Assembly (NCBI RefSeq): GCF_006345805.1
Contig: NC_043023.1
Coordinates: 9,548,001-9,612,000 of the forward strand
Length of the DNA stretch: 64,000 nucleotides
Direction: 5' to 3'
Source: Octopus sinensis
Taxonomy: Eukaryota
Part shown: positions 62,136 to 64,000 of the stretch, piece after piece
How positions within the stretch are numbered: position 1 is the first letter of the stretch
Layout of the letters: each line of letters starts with the position of its first letter
Notes under the pieces: generated by a model
Databases searched by the model: none
Seen by the model: only the letters and a program-made list of their open reading frames with translations
What the model was told of the DNA's origin: nothing
Program-made: the position numbers and the translations under genes

Positions 62136-64000
62136 TACTCTAATTTTATTTGCCTTAGTATGAAATTTTATTTGTCGGAGTATGAAATTTTATTTGTCGT
62201 AGTATGAAATTTTATTTGTCGTAGTATGAAATTTTATTTGTCGGAGTATGAAATTTTATTTGTCGTAGTATGAAATTTTATTTGTCGTAGTATGAAATTT
62301 TATTTGTCGTAGTATGAAATTTTATTTGCCTTAGTATGAAATTTTATTTGTCGTAGTATGAAATTTTATTTGTCGTAGTATGAAATTTTATTTGTCGTAG
62401 TATGAAATTTTATTTGCCTTAGTATGAAAGTTTATTTGACTCAGTATGAAATTTTATTTGTCGTAGTATGAAATTTTATTTGTCGGAGTATGAAATTTTA
62501 TTTGCCTTAGTATGAAATTTTATTTGTCGTAGTATGAAATTTTATTTGTCGTAGTATGAAATTTTATTTGTCTCAGTATGAAATTTTATTTGTCGTAGTA
62601 TGAAATTTTATTTGTCGTAGTATGAAATTTTATTTGCCTTAGTATGAAATTTTATTTGTCGTAGTATGAAATTTTATTTGTCTCAGTATGAAATTTTATT
62701 TGTCGTAGTATGAAAGTTTATTTGTCGTAGTATGAAATTTTATTTGCCTTAGTATGAAATTTTATTTGTCGTAGTATGAAATTTTATTTGTCGTAGTATG
62801 AAATTTTATTTGTCGTAGTATGAAATTTTATTTGCCTTAGTATGAAATTTTATTTGTCGTAGTATGAAATTTTATTTGTCGTAGTATGAAATTTTATTTG
62901 TCTCAGTATGAAATTTTATTTGTCGTAGTATGAAATTTTATTTGTCGTAGTATGAAATTTTATTTGCCTTAGTATGAAATTTTATTTGTCGTAGTATGAA
63001 ATTTTATTTGTCGTAGTATGAAATTTTATTTGTCGTAGTATGAAATTTTATTTGCCTTAGTATGAAATTTTATTTGTCGTAGTATGAAATTTTATTTGTC
63101 ATAGTATGAAATTTTATTTGTCTCAGTATGAAATTTTATTTGTCGTAGTATGAAATTTTATTTGTCGTAGTATGAAATTTTATTTGCCTTAGTATGAAAT
63201 TTTATTTGTCGTAGTATGAAATTTTATTTGTCTCAGTATGAAATTTTATTTGTCGTAGTATGAAAGTTTATTTGTCGTAGTATGAAATTTTATTTGCCTT
63301 AGTATGAAATTTTATTTGTCGTAGTATGAAATTTTATTTGTCGTAGTATGAAATTTTATTTGTCTCAGTATGAAATTTTATTTGTCGTTGTATGAAATTT
63401 TATTTGCCTTAGTATGAAATTTTATTTGTCGTAGTATGAAATTTTATTTGTCGTAGTATGAAATTTTATTTGTCTCAGTATGAAATTTTATTTGTCGTAG
63501 TATGAAATTTTATTTGCCTTAGTATGAAATTTTATTTGTCGTAGTATGAAATTTTATTTGTCGTAGTATGAAATTTATTTGCCTTAGTATGAAATTTTAT
63601 TTGTCGTAGTATGAAATTTTATTTGTCTCAGTATGAAATTTTATTTGTCGTAGTATGAAATTTTATTTGCCTTAGTATGAATTTTATTTGTCGTAGTATG
63701 AAATTTTATTTGTCGTAGTATGAAATTTTATTTGTCTCAGTATGAAATTTTATTTGTCGTAGTATGAAATTTATTTGCCTTAGTATGAAATTTTATTTGT
63801 CGTAGTATGAAATTTTATTTGCCTTAGTATGAAATTTTATTTGTCGTAGTATGAAATTTTATTTGCCTTAGTATGAAATTTTATTTGCCTTAGTATGAAA
63901 TTTTATTTGTCGTAGTATGAAATTTTATTTGTCGTAGTATGAAATTTTATTTGTCGTAGTATGAAATTTTATTTGTCGTAGTATGAAATTATATTTGTCG
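61860..64000. repeat. 22-bp satellite (AGTATGAAATTTTATTT-GTCGT/GCCTT/GTCTC), runs off the window
   Basis: About 9 units at 61860-62070 and roughly 84 units from 62145. Confidence 0.97.

Overview
AT-rich, repeat-dense animal genomic DNA with no prokaryotic genes or CRISPR arrays. The SINE families and gene type suggest an octopus or other coleoid cephalopod (inference). Most supplied ORFs are microsatellite or SINE artefacts. The main feature is one intron-rich + strand gene for an LRR-type adhesion GPCR. By hand I joined 17 exons from 2386 to 52354 (2408 nt, about 802 codons, no internal stop). They encode 4 x 72-nt LRR exons, an LRR C-cap, a HormR domain, a GAIN domain with a canonical GPS (HL|TSFALLM) and a 7TM. 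The true first and last exons are uncertain. Oddities in the gene: the first LRR exon has an AT rather than GT donor, a candidate signal-peptide exon has TGA where TGG would fit, the TM2 exon is present twice, and TM6/TM7 carry unusual prolines. The introns hold at least five tRNA-headed SINE families (one forming concatemers), mariner, piggyBac and Helentron-like elements, L1/Tx1, RTE and R4-like LINE fragments, several hammerhead-ribozyme-like motifs (two with non-canonical cores) and a 13 x 140-bp array made from a LINE 3' end. A 22-bp satellite runs off the right edge. Exon boundaries were counted by hand; repeat boundaries are approximate.
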